DNA from: Blastocystis sp. Blastoise
Lineage: Eukaryota; Protista; Bigyra: Opalinata
DNA: 64,000 nucleotides
Reading direction: 5' to 3'
NCBI GenBank assembly: GCA_039096225.1
Contig: JBBPEB010000003.1
Location: 868,001 to 932,000, forward strand
Part shown: piece after piece, positions 46,801 through 61,143 of the stretch
Layout of the letters: the number at the start of each line of letters is the position of its first letter
Numbering within the stretch: position 1 is the stretch's first letter
Translations under genes and position numbers: made by a program
The notes under the pieces: generated by a model
The model's input: only the letters and a program-made list of their open reading frames with translations
Databases searched by the model: none
Told to the model about the DNA's origin: nothing

Positions 46801-48525
46801 AGTAATTATTAAGAAAGTACTTCTCTCATTAATTATCAAATGTAAAAGGCTTTCTAACGAACTAATATTCTGAAAAAAAAATATTTATATAATAATCACT
46901 TTATACATTTTTTATTATTTAAATTATACTTTAAGGAATTTCAATAGATGTTTCATCATTATGACTATTAAGATTAAAGAATTGATAGAAAGGGATCAAA
47001 ACAACTTCATGACATTAGCTAAACGAAGAAATATTTAAAACATAAACATAAAGAAGAACTGAAATAGTTTTTGTCATTAATAAATTAGCTTTATATTACT
47101 ATATATATATTATATATATTCAATAATGCATATATATACACAAGATATATTATATTACACATAAAAACTACCTTTTTCAAACAGATTCAGGAATTATTCT
47201 TAAGAGTCCATTTTAGAATTAAAAGAACGAATACTAGAACACTCACGTATCTCTACTATGTATCCATCCTATTCATTTCAACTGTATTTGCATTTGTTTC
47301 TTCTCAACGCAATCAATGATTTCCTTGGTAGACCTATAAAAAAGTATTTATACAAAAATAACTCAGATTTGTGCATATAAGTGCGTTGTACTTAAATGAT
47401 CATAGCATTCTGTTGATTATAAAAGGATCAACACTAAGATTCGGGATCAGTTATTACTTTATTGTGGTTCAACAACAGTATAAACGTGAGGAATCAATCC
47501 ATACACATTGTAATGCATGTTCATACATTAGAGAACATCTGTAACCATGAAAATATTAAAATATAAAAAAAATAAAACCCCTCTTTTTCTTTTCTCATAT
47601 TATTTTTTAGCATAAGATGGTCATTCTTTTTGATATATTACATAAATTATTAATGTATATCGTTCAGAGATGCTGTTCTTCATTATTATGAGTTCTATAA
47701 GACCGATTCTCACAAGATATCTGTTTACTAAATAACCATTTTATCAAAAATAAATACACAATCGCAACTCAATACAATATTGAATAAACACATACACTCA
47801 AATCTTTACATTTTTACTAATTATAGTTAGGATCAACACAAAAAAAATGATGATAAACGTTAGTTAAGGCATTTATCCATTTCTATATATCATTCCTATG
47901 CTATACATGCATTTTATTACTTTAATTATATTTAAAACAACTATTAATTCACTATATAACTGTCTTTTCAATGTGAATTCATTTTATATGCTTCGATTCA
48001 GAAGTTGAATTTGTCTATTTGATGTTGTATTTCGTTTTGTTGTCATTAGTTTTTTAATACTATCATTTATACTAATTAAATGTACTCTACAAGAATTATT
48101 TGATTTATTGTTTCAAAGATAGCAACATACCCTTAGGTACAGCTGTTTTAATTGTTTTATAATGTGTATATGTTGTCAAAGAGTCTAAAAAAGTCGTTTT
48201 TTAAAAGACTCAAAAAAAGGATGAAAATGAGACCTTGAAAAATGAGTGGATTTCTGAATATCAATAGAATCATGAAAACGTAGAGAATAAATACTAATCT
48301 TGTCCATTTGATTGGAAGGTTAAAAATTATCCAATAATAACGAGAACCTTTGTCGACCAAATAAAAGTGGTCCTTTTTCAAAAAGAGAAAAAATCAATAC
48401 ATTTTTCTTAATAAAAAAAGGAACGAACCGCTTGCTTAAAAACAATGAATTGTCATCATTTTCATTCTTAAAAAAATATTTAGATTTTTTTTAATTGCGT
48501 TTTTCTTGTTTCTTTTCTAATTAGT

Positions 48526-49285
48526 ATGTCAGATTTTTTAAACAAAAGCACAAATGCTGCTTCTAGTAATGATGCTCCCACTAATACAATGAAAGGTAAG
48601 CACATTATGCCTGAAATGGGCAGAATCTCCGAAAGTAGTATTCAGGAAGATTCTCTCCTTTCAAATATACATGATATCTTTTATTTATATTATATATACT
48701 ATATATCTATTTATCTATAGATGGTGTAAACACAATGGATCCTCATTCACTTCAAAGAGGACCTAATGACCTTAGCACCAAATCTAAAATTGGCTCCATG
48801 GATAGTGCTACTACCCTTCAAAAAGATAATCTTCAAAATCAAAAACAAAAATCTTTACAAAAACAAAATGCTTTTCAAAAAACTGTCTCCCGTCACAAAT
48901 CTGTCAAAAATAATAGTATTACTATATTTATATTTATGTTATTATATTTATAAATATTCATAATTATTTTATACTTATATAGGAACACATTATGAAATTA
49001 ATAAGTCTATTCATGATCAGCTAATAATACATTCCTTGTTGAATAGCCTCATTGATGATGTTGAAAAAAACTCTGAGATCAAACAAATAGAAAATTTGTA
49101 TTTATTTTTAATTTATAATTTAATTATTTATTTTTCTTAATTATTTCTATTTTTATTTCTCTTTTATTATATTACATATATGAATGAATACTAATAATAA
49201 ACCTAATTTTTTTTTAGAAAAAGGAAACTTGACCCTGAATGCGTTCCCCAAAAAATTTATGTTTTCAAAAATAAACTTTATTATG

Positions 49286-49331
<46 letters not shown>

Positions 49332-51271
49332 TATTAATAATTATATTCTATAAAAAATAATATATATATATATAGATACAGTTCGCTCATAAAAGACGAA
49401 AATTGAAAGACTTTGAATATGACGAGACTTTAGGCCCTGATACCGTTAGCAATGTTTCAAAAAAAAATAAACAGTCAGACAACAGAAATTCAAAAAATAT
49501 CACACAAAATCCTTCTCTTGTACCTGAAGTCCCTTCTTCTTCTTCTGCTCCTATTCTTCAAAATCCTTCTCTTGTACCTGAATTCTCTTCTTCTCCTGTA
49601 TCTGAATTCTCTTCTTTTTCTGCTCCTATTCTTCAAAATCCTTCTCTTGTATCTGAATTCCCTTCTTTTTCTGCTCCTATTCTTCAAAATCCTTCTCTTG
49701 TACCTGAATTTTCTTCTTTTTCTGTACCTGAATTCCCTTCTTTTTCTGATCCTATTCTTCAATATCCTTCTCCTGTACCTGAAGTCCCTTCTTCTCCTGT
49801 ACCTGAATTCCCTTCTTCTGATCCTATTCTTCAAAATCCTTCTCTTGTACCTGAATTCCCTTCTTCTTCTGTACCTGAATTCCCTTCTTTTTCTGCTCCT
49901 ATTCTTCAAAATCCTTCTCCTGTATCTGAATTCTCTTCTTTTTCTGCTCCTATTCTTCAAAATCCTTCTCTTGTACCTGAATTCTCTTCTTTTTCTGTAC
50001 CTGAATTCCCTTCTTTTTCTGCTCCTATTCTTCAAAATCCTTCTCCTGTATCTGAATTCTCTTCTTTTTCTGCTCCTATTCTTCGAACTTCTCCTTCTTC
50101 TTCGTCTGTTTCTTTTGCTAGATGTACAATGAGACCCACCACCTCTTCTACATCATGTAATAAACAGATGAACCCAATAAAGAAATCTTCTTTATTTGAT
50201 GAGACTTCACAATATACCCACAAAAAGCAGCCAAGATCTTCTCTATTAAGATTGTCCAAAACTAATAAAAAACACACCACTGATATTAGTAGTCAAAGGA
50301 CATATCTAGAAAATAATAATGCTTATAATGATATTCTAAATATTTATAATTATAATAATAGTAATAATTATAATGATATTAATTATATTAATAATTTAAA
50401 TAATAGTTATAATAATTATAATAATAATATTAATAATAATATGGAAAATGAAATCGATATGGATATGGATACTGATAATAATAATAATGATAATATGGAA
50501 AATGAAATCGATATGGATATGGATACTGATAATAATAATTATAATTATAATTATAATTATAATAATAATATGGAAATTGAAATGGATATGGATACTGATA
50601 ATAATAATAATGATAATATGGAAAATGAAATCGATATGGATATGGATACTGATAATAATAATAATAATTATAATTATAATTATAATAATAATATGGAAAA
50701 TGAAATCGATATAGATAAGGAAACTGATAATAATAATAATAATAATAATAATAATATGGATATGAATATATACAATATTAACAATAATATTGATACGAAT
50801 ATAAATTCAATAAACTCAACTCTTTCGAGTTTTATACAGAATTCTTCAAATATAAATATTAATCAGTTTTTCACCACAAATGCTGATGCAATGAGAATGA
50901 ATAATATCAATAATAGTAATATAAATACAAATAATAATGATATAAATACAAATAGCAATAATTCAAATACAAATAACAATAATTCAAGTATAAATAATAA
51001 TGATATAACTACAAATAACAATAATTCAAGTATAAATAATAATGATATAACTACAAATAACAATAATTCAAGTACAAATAATAATAATGATACAAATACA
51101 AATAGCAACGTAAGTATTAACTTTCAAGCATTTAATTGGACTCAAAGATCTAGATCTTCGCGTTTGAATAAAAATTATCATCCAGTGTTTAACACCACCA
51201 CTGGACAAATAATTTCGGATCCACTTAAAAACGATGTAATGGATATGTTTTCTACTCAAAAAAAACTATAA
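48526..51271 (+). CDS. Hypothetical low-complexity protein with P/S/F-rich and N/D/M-rich tandem repeats, about 5 exons
   Basis: Short spliced 5' exons and a 622-codon terminal ORF; repeats PEFPSFSAPILQNPSLV and NMENEIDMDMDTDNN. Confidence 0.7.
49505..50085 (+). repeat. Composite coding minisatellite (APILQNPSLV / PEFPSFS units)
   Basis: cctattcttcaaaatccttct and gtacctgaattc units recur many times each. Confidence 0.9.
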
Positions 51272-51400
51272 ATAAACTCTAATTATTAACCACCACTAAT
51301 TAGAATTTGTTCTTATAATTTTATTTTGTATCTCTAGTTATTTCTTTTATATTTTGAATCTTATTAATTTTAATAATTGTAAATCTTGTTTTGTTTTAAA

Positions 51401-51602
51401 TAGAGCGGTTCAAAAGTTGCGACAAATCGACTTGCGACAATTTTCACAATTTGTCACAATTTTTTTAACCAATAAATATATCGAGAGTATCGCGATTATT
51501 TTATTAAAGTGACTATTAAATAATATGTGTTTAAAAATGAATTGAGTGTTGCAATTTGTCTTAACTTGTCGCAACTTTTGTCGCAACTTTTGAACCGCTC
51601 TA
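51401..51602. mobile_element. 202-bp non-autonomous hAT MITE
   Basis: 26-bp TIRs TAGAGCGGTTCAAAAGTTGCGACAAA; perfect 8-bp TSD GTTTTAAA (51393-51400, 51603-51610). Confidence 0.96.
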
Positions 51603-53148
51603 GTTTTAAACATCACTTATACTACATAAAAAACTTATTTATTGTTCTATTTGCTTAAATGTTTTTTTTTTTGTTGAAAAAAAACATAGATAATGTTTAT
51701 GAACTAACAAAACGAGATGATTTTTATAAAAATAGCACCTCTAATCATTTGATAGAGCTGTCATATACAAAAGATTCTAACATTTTGTGATATTTGCAAA
51801 GATTGCCATAAAACTTACTAAAAAATTAGTGAGAACAAAACGCTAACGACCAAATAAATGCAAAAAAGCAAATGTGAAACTTAATATTTATGATGAATAT
51901 TGAACCAAGAAAAATGGACTATTGGAATGAATAATCAATATAAAAAAATTGTAATCAATTTTTAGACAAAAATAGATTTAAGTTTTTTAACTTTACTTGT
52001 TAATGTAGATTATAAGTTGTAAAAAAGAAAATTATTGTTTTTTTATGATGTGTTTGTTTTAAGAATTAATTGTGATTGTCAAAAAGATGGGCAACCAGTT
52101 ATGTACAATTTATATATTTTGTTTTCTGTATTTTTTTTAGATATTTTTTATTATTTATGACAACATTCGATAAGTCCTTTCATATTATTCTTAAAATCAA
52201 AATGTACATTACTAAAATATAACATATAAAAAACATACAAAACAAAATACTAATTGAATATTAAATACAATAAATCAAGATTAATCTTAAAATCACTACT
52301 AATGGTTTAAAAATTGCAATAAAAAGCTTTTTAAATATCGTGAAAAAATCACATTAAAAAATACAGACGTTCTTAAGTTCTTAAGGAAAAAATTGGGACA
52401 ATAATGAAAAAATTATTTCAATTTTTAAAACTTATTAATAATAATGAAAAATGGCTTATACATATTAGTTTCATATTCGACATTTATTCATCATCATTTA
52501 CAGTAGTTGTTAGATAAATCATCAATTGTTTTTGTATTCATCTTCAGCACTAATCGAATTATTTTAAAATTGATATAGAAACTATTTCGTGATTTCTACA
52601 AAACGATAATTGTCTAAATAAAATTTCGTTATTAAAAAATTCTTTTTATAAAAATTTAAATGAAAGATCTGTCAACATTAACAATAGTAGAAAGTAGTTG
52701 AAGAAATAAAAAGTGAAAATAAATATATGATATTTGTTTAAGAAAAGAGCGAAAAGATTAAATTTTATTTTCCTATTCTTATCATATTTTGATGAAAACA
52801 TTCATTTTATTTCTTTTCATTATCTATAAAATATTTCAATTTTGAAATACATAATAATAGATCAATTGAGATAATTATAATCAAATGGAAGAAAAATAAT
52901 ATAACGAGAATAATTAATGTAAATCTTCTAAAAATATGATCAAACTCAAATAATTAAGTTAACTCGATTCATTCATATCAAAATCAAACAATAAATGTTT
53001 TCTTGATAAAACGAGTTTGATAAAGAAAAAAATGTAACATTTGATTTGATTTGATTTGATTTCAATCAAATTGATTGATTAATATAAAAACGATTGTAAC
53101 ATGTAAAATGAGAAAGCAAAGAATTTTGCAAATTTAATTGATCTCATT

Positions 53149-56071
53149 TAGAGCGGTTCAAAAGTTGCGACAAATCGAGTTGCGACAAATTTCACAACTT
53201 GTCGCAACTTGTCGCAACTTGTCGCAACTTTTTTTACCCCGAGTATATCGAGAGTACCGTGATTATTTTATTAATTTGGCAATTAAAAAAGACTTGTTTA
53301 AAAAAAGAATTCAGTGTCGCAATTTGTCACAACTTTGTCACAACTTTTCATTTAAACATATATAGACCTATTTTACATTTATATAAAAAATATGATAATT
53401 TATGAAATCCATAGTGGTGAATATAATAAACATCAAGAATTATTTAAATACTTAATTCAAACAAAGAAAAACATTAAAAATACTTTTCAAAAAATCATGA
53501 ATATTTTTTTTACAGTCAAAAAAATGAAATATTCACGGGACATTATTAATTTTCAGTCATTTTAAAACGTATAAATAAATGAAAGAAATCATCTCATTTT
53601 CATTAATTTATATTTCTATATAAATCGTTCTTTCAATATAAATTCATTGATCTATTCATAAAGTCTTCTTTAATACTCATTTCTATCAATAAATATATCA
53701 TTCTAAGAATCAAAAGAAGTATATATATGTATTCATCATTCTTAATTATCTTTAGATATGGTTAAAAAAACAATGAAACAATCTAATAATCATAAAGTGA
53801 AAAGAAAAGAAAAGAAGAAGTCTTCATCTACTAAGAAAAGTGAGAATGTTAGAACGAGAATCTATAAAATGAATCCAATAAGTCGTTTAACAAAAATAAA
53901 ATTATCATCCAGTATGAATGAAGAAGAAAAGAAATGTTTCATATCAAAGAATAATAATCTTCGTTGTATTTATTGTAATTGTATTGTAGATCATAAAAGA
54001 TTATCTTCTATTAATAAACATCTCAATACTGATATGCATATCTCTAATATGAATTCATTCATGAAAGAAAAGTCTGCTACTGTATCTTCTGTAAAGAAAA
54101 CTAATATTAAAAATAGAATTATTGAATCTAATGTGAATTATATAAGATTTGAAAAATTAATAGAATTATTCTTGGAAGAATGTATTCCTATTAATAAATT
54201 TAAGAAACCTCAATTTAGAATGAAATTGAAAAATATATTTGAAATGAATAATAATAATATACCTTGTTATAATACTATTCAAAAACGAATTATTCCTAAA
54301 TTGTATGATGAACGTCTTCAATATGTAAAAATGAATTTAGATAAATGTCCTCTAGCTGTTCTATGTGATTCTTCTACCTCAGATGCTGGTTCTAATTATT
54401 TATCAATAATCGTAAGAAGATTGAATTCTTTCAATTTGAATGAACCTTTCTACTTAATAAACTTGAAACGAATGGAAAATCAAAAATCAAATAATTTTCT
54501 TTCTATCATTCAAGATACACTAGAAGAATGGAACATTAAAAGAAAACAATTCAAATCGTTTCACACTGATAACTGCAATACTATGCGAAATGCTGGTAAT
54601 AATTATGAATCGATTTTTAGTGATGGAATTTATTGTGGATGTTTTATGCATATGATTAATCTCGTAGCTGAGAAACTAAAAGATGGTTTTATTAATACAA
54701 AATCATTTATTAATTTCATTAATTCATCATTTCGTTTCTTTAGAAGGAAAAATGATTTATGGTTATCCTTTTTGAAGATAAATAATCTTCCTTCTTCTTC
54801 TTTCTTTTCTTATGTTGAAACACGATGGATATCTTGGTATAAATCATTAAGATATATTTTGAAATATTTTAAATATTTGAAATCATTCTATGAATATTTA
54901 GAAACATTGGATATATTAAGTGAAAAAGATAAAGAAATATTGAATATTCTTCAAGATAATCAATTATCTTCTTCTTTACATATCGAAATGTCGATTCTTT
55001 TGAAGAGTGGAATAATGTTTGAAGAAATATTAAAATTATTATCAAATGATAATTTTCAATGTTGTAATGTTTCTAGTTTGATAGATGAAATTGAAGAAGA
55101 ATTGAAGAATTCAAAAGATAATATAATTATGATAGTGAATGAAATATGTGAAGAAAATAATTTATCAAATGTTCATTCTTCATTTATTCAAGAATATAAG
55201 AAAAGTATATTAATTATTATTATTATTATTTATTTATATTTTATAGGTTTTACGAATACATTATTAAAATTGAAAGAAATCAAAACAATGAATAAGAAAC
55301 AAATGATATTTTATAATGAAAATCCTTTCTTGATGTCTTCTTCATTTCCTTCTTTCACTTCATCTGAATTTTTAGATATAGAAAAGAAAAATTATTTATT
55401 ATGTGTTTCAAAATTGAAAGATTTTATAGATAATGAAAAGAAATAAAATGAATGTTTTCCTCAAAATATGATAAGTAAAGAACAAATGATAAAATTATAT
55501 TTTCCTCTTCTTAAACAAATTCCTACTATTTCTAAAATAATTCCTTTCATTCTTCAATTACCTTCTACTACTGTTAGTGTAGAAAGATCTTTCTCTTTTA
55601 TGAATATTTTATTTACAAAGAATAAATTTAGTTATTCTGATGAAAATTTATTTAGAGATTTATTTTTTTATATGAATTCACAAATAGACACTATTTCAAT
55701 TCAAAATGATTCAATGATTATTGAAGATGAAATAGATACTACAATTGATGATTCTTCAATAACAATTGTAGATGATAATGAAATATTATCAAATGAACAT
55801 GAAAATGAAGAAAAAAATACAAATTTCAATTCAAATAGTGTTTTATCTGATTCTCTTGATGATATTTTATCAATTTCTTTTGATAATTTATCCACTTTTA
55901 GTAATGTTTCAGAGATCAATCTTGATTAATATTTTTCTTAATTAATTCATAATTTATATTTTATAGGCTTTATTTATGTTTTCTTTATTAAAAATTTGTT
56001 TTGTTTATAAAAATAATGTTTAAAATGTGTCGCAACTTGTCGCAACTTGTCGCAACTTTTGAACCGCTCTA
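53149..56071 (+). mobile_element. hAT DNA transposon (2923 bp), CGGBP-like zinc-finger type
   Basis: 25-bp TIRs (53149-53173, 56047-56071) identical to those of the MITE; subterminal TGTCGCAACT repeats; flanking 8-mers do not match. Confidence 0.94.
53758..55929 (+). pseudogene. hAT transposase interrupted by a single in-frame TAA (55444-55446); probable 42-nt intron at 55205-55246
   Basis: CIYC..VDH.R.SSI.KHL...H finger; LCDSST, HTDN, CFMH, TRW, VERSFS motifs. ORFs 53758 and 55468 are in the same frame. Confidence 0.85.
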
Positions 56072-57445
56072 TATATATTGTAGACTATCTTTATTTTGAG
56101 AATAGTTGATTAGTGTACAATTTATATAAGTCATAGATAATTAAACTTATACTTATTTGAATATTTATTAAAAGACATTCAAATGTGGGTATAATTATAT
56201 TCTTATTAATAAATACAAGTAATCCTAGTAAATTATGTATTTAGTTTATTCATTGTTATACGGGAATACTATATCATGAGTTACAGGGATACAGTTTCAT
56301 TTGATTTCTAATGGAAATATTTATATAGAAATAGGGAACAACTCATTATATTATTTTTTATTTCTATTGTATATTTTATTCAATACATATTATATGAAAA
56401 GAATTGATTATAAAGTTGTATAAATGATAGATAGAACTCGTTTTCTACATAATCATATATATATATATATAATAAGAATTATACATAAATAGAGTGAATA
56501 GATAAGAACAAGAACAAAATGAAAAGCGTATATAACAGAATTGAATGATTCAATTCCAAGTCTGGATCAACATGAAGAATGATTCTTATTCAGTGTCCGA
56601 GTGATATGGAGTTCAACAAAACAACACGATTATATACTCTCATAATCTAGTATATATATATATTATATATCGTATTACTATATATATAGAATTCCTTCAA
56701 AGATAGGAGTAAGGACTTGAGAGACTGATTTATAGTAATACATATGTTTTAAAACTATAGATATCAGTAACATTAATAATATTTCAGTTCCATATGATCA
56801 GTATACATTTCAAATAAAATATTTATATATATCGCCAGTATCTTTGAACAATTTGTTACCGTATTTGCAATCTAATTTTTTATATTGTTAAGACATTTTA
56901 GCATATAACGTTAAGCCCATGAATAAAAACTTATTTATATTATTCATAGCAACTCTGAATAATAACTAAAGAATGTTTTGTGTACATTTATTTTTCATAA
57001 TGCAAAAATTATTTCCAGGCATATATGAGGAATGATTATAGCAATGATAAAAGTGGAAAAGATGATTCTGGTGAAAATATTTTGAATGATTATCGCATGA
57101 GTATGTTTCTGTTGTTTTATTATTTGGTATTAACTTGAATAAATAGTTTATGATGTAAGAATAAAAGATAGTAATGAAGAAATCGTGATGAATCTGTTTT
57201 ATAAATCCAAATAATAAAGTCAAATATTTTTTACTAAAAGTGTGAAAATTATCCAATGAAATGAAAAATGTCTATAAAAAATGGATTTTGTTTTTGATGT
57301 TTATTTTTCCCACCATGGAGACCCGCGGAATCAAAATGGTTTTGAAGGAAAAAAAAAGACCGCTAAACAAGGTGCTGTTTTTTGTTCCTCTTATTGACGA
57401 GGCTTTTAATTAATAAACTTTTTAGATTATCAGATAACGCATAAG

Positions 57446-58938
57446 ATGAATGTACCTAATGCTGGTACCACTAAGGTATTTTATTTGATTCGTTTATATA
57501 TATTGTTGTAGATGATGACACCAGAATCAACAGTATGTAAGGAAATATTAGAAACAAAGACACCATCCATTTGTCGTGAAGTTATAACTAATATCTCTCC
57601 AGTTAATGTGAAGACTCAAGTGTATGATGATCAGATGAGTTCTTCAGATGTCAATACTCTTCTTGATAGAGAGACTCAAACAGTTGTACCACAATATATT
57701 GATGAAAACTCTAACGTTACTCCTCGTATTCGAGCTATGCTAGTCGATTGGATTGCTTCTGTATCTACAGAACTTGGATTTACTAGAGAAACATTCCATA
57801 CTTCTATAACAATTATGGATAAATATTTATCGATGGTATTTTTTTTTTAAATTTTGATTTTATGTTATATTTTTTATTAATTACTATTTTTTTTAGTATC
57901 CTGAAACTGAAAAAGAATGTTTACAAATTGTAGGAGCTTCTTCATTATCTATATCAGCAAAGATAATTGTATATATTTTTTTATTGCATGTGTAATTTTT
58001 TAAAAATTATTATTATTATTATAGTGTTTATTATTATTATTATATTTATTATGCTTATTATTATATTTATTATTTATAATAATAATAATAATTATTATTA
58101 TAGGAAACCAAAATGCAAGGTTGCTCATTATTCTCTCAGTGTACTGCAAATACATGTACTTGTCAGGAAATCTTTGAATATGAAAAGAAAATATTAATGG
58201 CTTTGGATTGTCGTATTCCCGTGAGTCCAATCCCTGAATTATTTTCATATTATTTAGACTTACTTTTATCCTATAGACAATTACTGTATATATATATATA
58301 TTTTTCTATATTAAAAATTCTATGTTAAGAATACTATATACTACTATTATTTAATGTTAACGTTATATATATATATATATATAGTCATGATGTTACTCCT
58401 GATTCTCCTGGTATTCCTATTAATAGAAATGAATTATATTTCAAATGTATCGACTTGTATGATCGTCTTCTTCTTGATTATAGGGTATGCTCTTTATTCT
58501 ATATATATATACATATATATAGATAAATGATTTCAGATTAAGTCATGTCATTATATGTGTGTTATACTCTTTTTCTATTGACTATAACATTTCACGTATA
58601 TATATATGTTATATATATCTATATACTATATCTATATATAGCTAGTAATTTCCGTGGTCTTCCTAACGTGTCGAGTCTTTCTGCAGACTGTCAGAAATGG
58701 GTTTTATCTATTGCTCAATCCGCCCCTGCACATCCTTATATGCAAGAATCAATTGGAGAGCAAGAAGATGAACAACAAGTATATATATATACATATCATT
58801 ATAATCCTTATGTATATTATATTCTAGAGAGAAAACCATTTGTATTATCTTACTATCCTACAGACACATAATAACTTTTCATTTGATGATTTTATCTCAT
58901 TGGAAGATGACGAAGCTTCTGTCACTGATAATGAATAA
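57446..58938 (+). CDS. Cyclin (cyclin E-like features), about 8 exons
   Basis: Cyclin box IRAMLVDW...RETFH...DKYL...LQIVGASSLSISAK; C-terminal CQKWV and ILQTH. Confidence 0.85.
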
Positions 58939-59187
58939 AAATCAGGACTTAGATTATTATTTTTCATTATAGAATTTCCTTTTCCTTTTTTCTCTTTATT
59001 TTAATTTTTTTTCTTTTTTACTTGCTCTTTTTTTATAGATATTTTTGTTTTCTCTTCATTCTTTTTCTTCTTTTCTTTTAAATATGTTTCATATGCTTTT
59101 ATTATTGTTTGGCTTAAAAAATATTGTGAAATACATGTTTTTGTTGTTAATATAATGAAAGAATACAATACTATATGTGATCTATTT

Positions 59188-59574
59188 TTATAAAGTGTGA
59201 ATTGATGTTAAAGGATCCAAAGAATTAAATAATAATTTTCCTGTTTTTGTGCCATGCACAGCAATCTTATCTATAAGTGTTGAAGAGATAATTGAGGATT
59301 CATTCACTAAAGAAAGAATCCCCGTTAAATAGATATAAATATATATATATATATATACATGTATCCATGTGTATTGAAGAAAGAGGTTGAGTAGTACATG
59401 TATCCCACAAGCATATAGTGGAGGAGATATTCTCCGAAGATGAATAGGTTTGCCAACTTCCAAAGAATGTATTATTCCCAAATATAGGAATAAACGAATC
59501 TTTATTTGTATATCCAGAAACTGAAGTATATATACTTGAATATGAAGAGTCTATAGGATAGTATAGAATATTGA

Positions 59575-59606
<32 letters not shown>

Positions 59607-60351
59607 ATATTAGTAAATAATTACAAAATAATATATTAGAATAAAAATAGTAATATAAGTAGCATATACATATATATATACTATTAAGGTGATTAGTATA
59701 TCGAAGATCATAATAATTGAGTTTATTACGAAATGAGTTGGCACACAATGTGTTATAGCGTGAAAATGTACATATACTGATAACAGGAGATTTATAGGAG
59801 TATAATATCTATATATAGATATTATTAATATAGAGAATAAAATAGATAAATACATTTAATAGTTTTGTCCTTGTATCCCATAAATACAGATCTCCCTTCC
59901 TTGTTCCTAGTAGATATATATTACTCGTATAGGTATCTAATGCCTGCATGCATAACACGGAGGAGGATAAGGTCATTAGTGACGATACCTCATTCCTCGT
60001 TATATCAAACGAATATATAACTGGGTCTAACTCACCTAGAAAACATATAGAATATATTCTTAATAATAAGAAGAAGAAAGAAGAGTATATATATATATAT
60101 ATATATATACTAGAGAGTATGCAAGAAGTATGGTTAACTAAGAATTTATTTATAGGATGCTCAAAATAATAAGATTTACAATGATATACATGAGATATAC
60201 TATCAGGAGTCAGTCTATACAGATCATTATTATATATATATATATATACATATTCATCTTTGATTGTTGATTTGAAGGAGATATATAATATACAGTATTT
60301 GACTCCGAAGGATCTATAGAGAAATCCAAGATGGAATCCTGACATACCTAG

Positions 60352-60408
<57 letters not shown>

Positions 60409-61143
60409 AGAAGGAACTGAGTGTATAAAGATATTGTGTTCTTCTGAATTGGTTTTATTTGAAATTATATACTTAAATAGGCCGCGAGACCCGGAGACAT
60501 ATAAACATGTATCTGAAGGTGAATACTAGAATCTCTTTATATCAGGTATATATATACATATTACATACAATAAGCTTCTCAATTCGACCACAAGATGTCT
60601 GAATAGTGACTGATTCTGACTGAATATGTGAAGATTCTACTAGTGACGACTTGTACTTATAATCATGATTTATATTTATATATGAATATTGCTTTGTCAA
60701 AAAGTAGTGATAAGCATTCTCTTTATGTTCTACTGATTTATGATATTTTTCTTTTGATGGTGGTGTTTGATATAAAGGATTTGTTTTAAACTATATATAT
60801 ATAATATTCAATGATAATATAAAGTAATTGAAACACAAAAATATTGAATAAGAGTCCATACATTTTTGTCTTGATCTTTTTTTGAAGCATTTGGAAAATA
60901 TTTCTTTTTTTCGTAATCATAAAAGAATCCAGGAATGTTCTTTGGTTCTATATTCAATTTATATTTATAATTTATGTGAATTTAAACGTTTCATATACCT
61001 GAGCAAACATGTATGGGTACATCATGATTATTTCTACTTTTATTACGCTGTTCTTCTAATGCTTTTTCTATTTCGGTTTGTTTTGAAATCTGATATTTCT
61101 TTTTGGATGATTTTAAATTTCGATTCCAATCTTTTTTAGGCAT
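59188..61143 (-). CDS. DCAF4/WDR21-like WD40 protein, multi-exon
   Basis: N-terminal NIPGFFYDYEKKKYFP motif; WD repeats LLGTRKGDLYLWDTR, LNYYDLR, ICLWD. Confidence 0.7.

Noticed and set aside
48665-48720. Possible non-canonical AT donor (ATATCTTT) in the first intron of the repeat-protein gene
   Set aside because: No CCTTAA branch site or AC end; in-phase GT donors exist upstream (GTAAG at 48596).
55444-55446. In-frame TAA as evidence of stop-codon reassignment
   Set aside because: Host genes checked have no internal TAA and use TAA as terminator; a nonsense mutation or error is simpler.
51401-56071. Composite transposon from the MITE left TIR to the hAT right TIR
   Set aside because: The MITE has its own TSD, and the outer flanks (GTTTTAAA vs TATATATT) do not match.
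56500-57260. Minus-strand ORF 56966..57256 and nearby exon-like pieces
   Set aside because: No ATG start, no recognisable motif and no consistent spliced frame.
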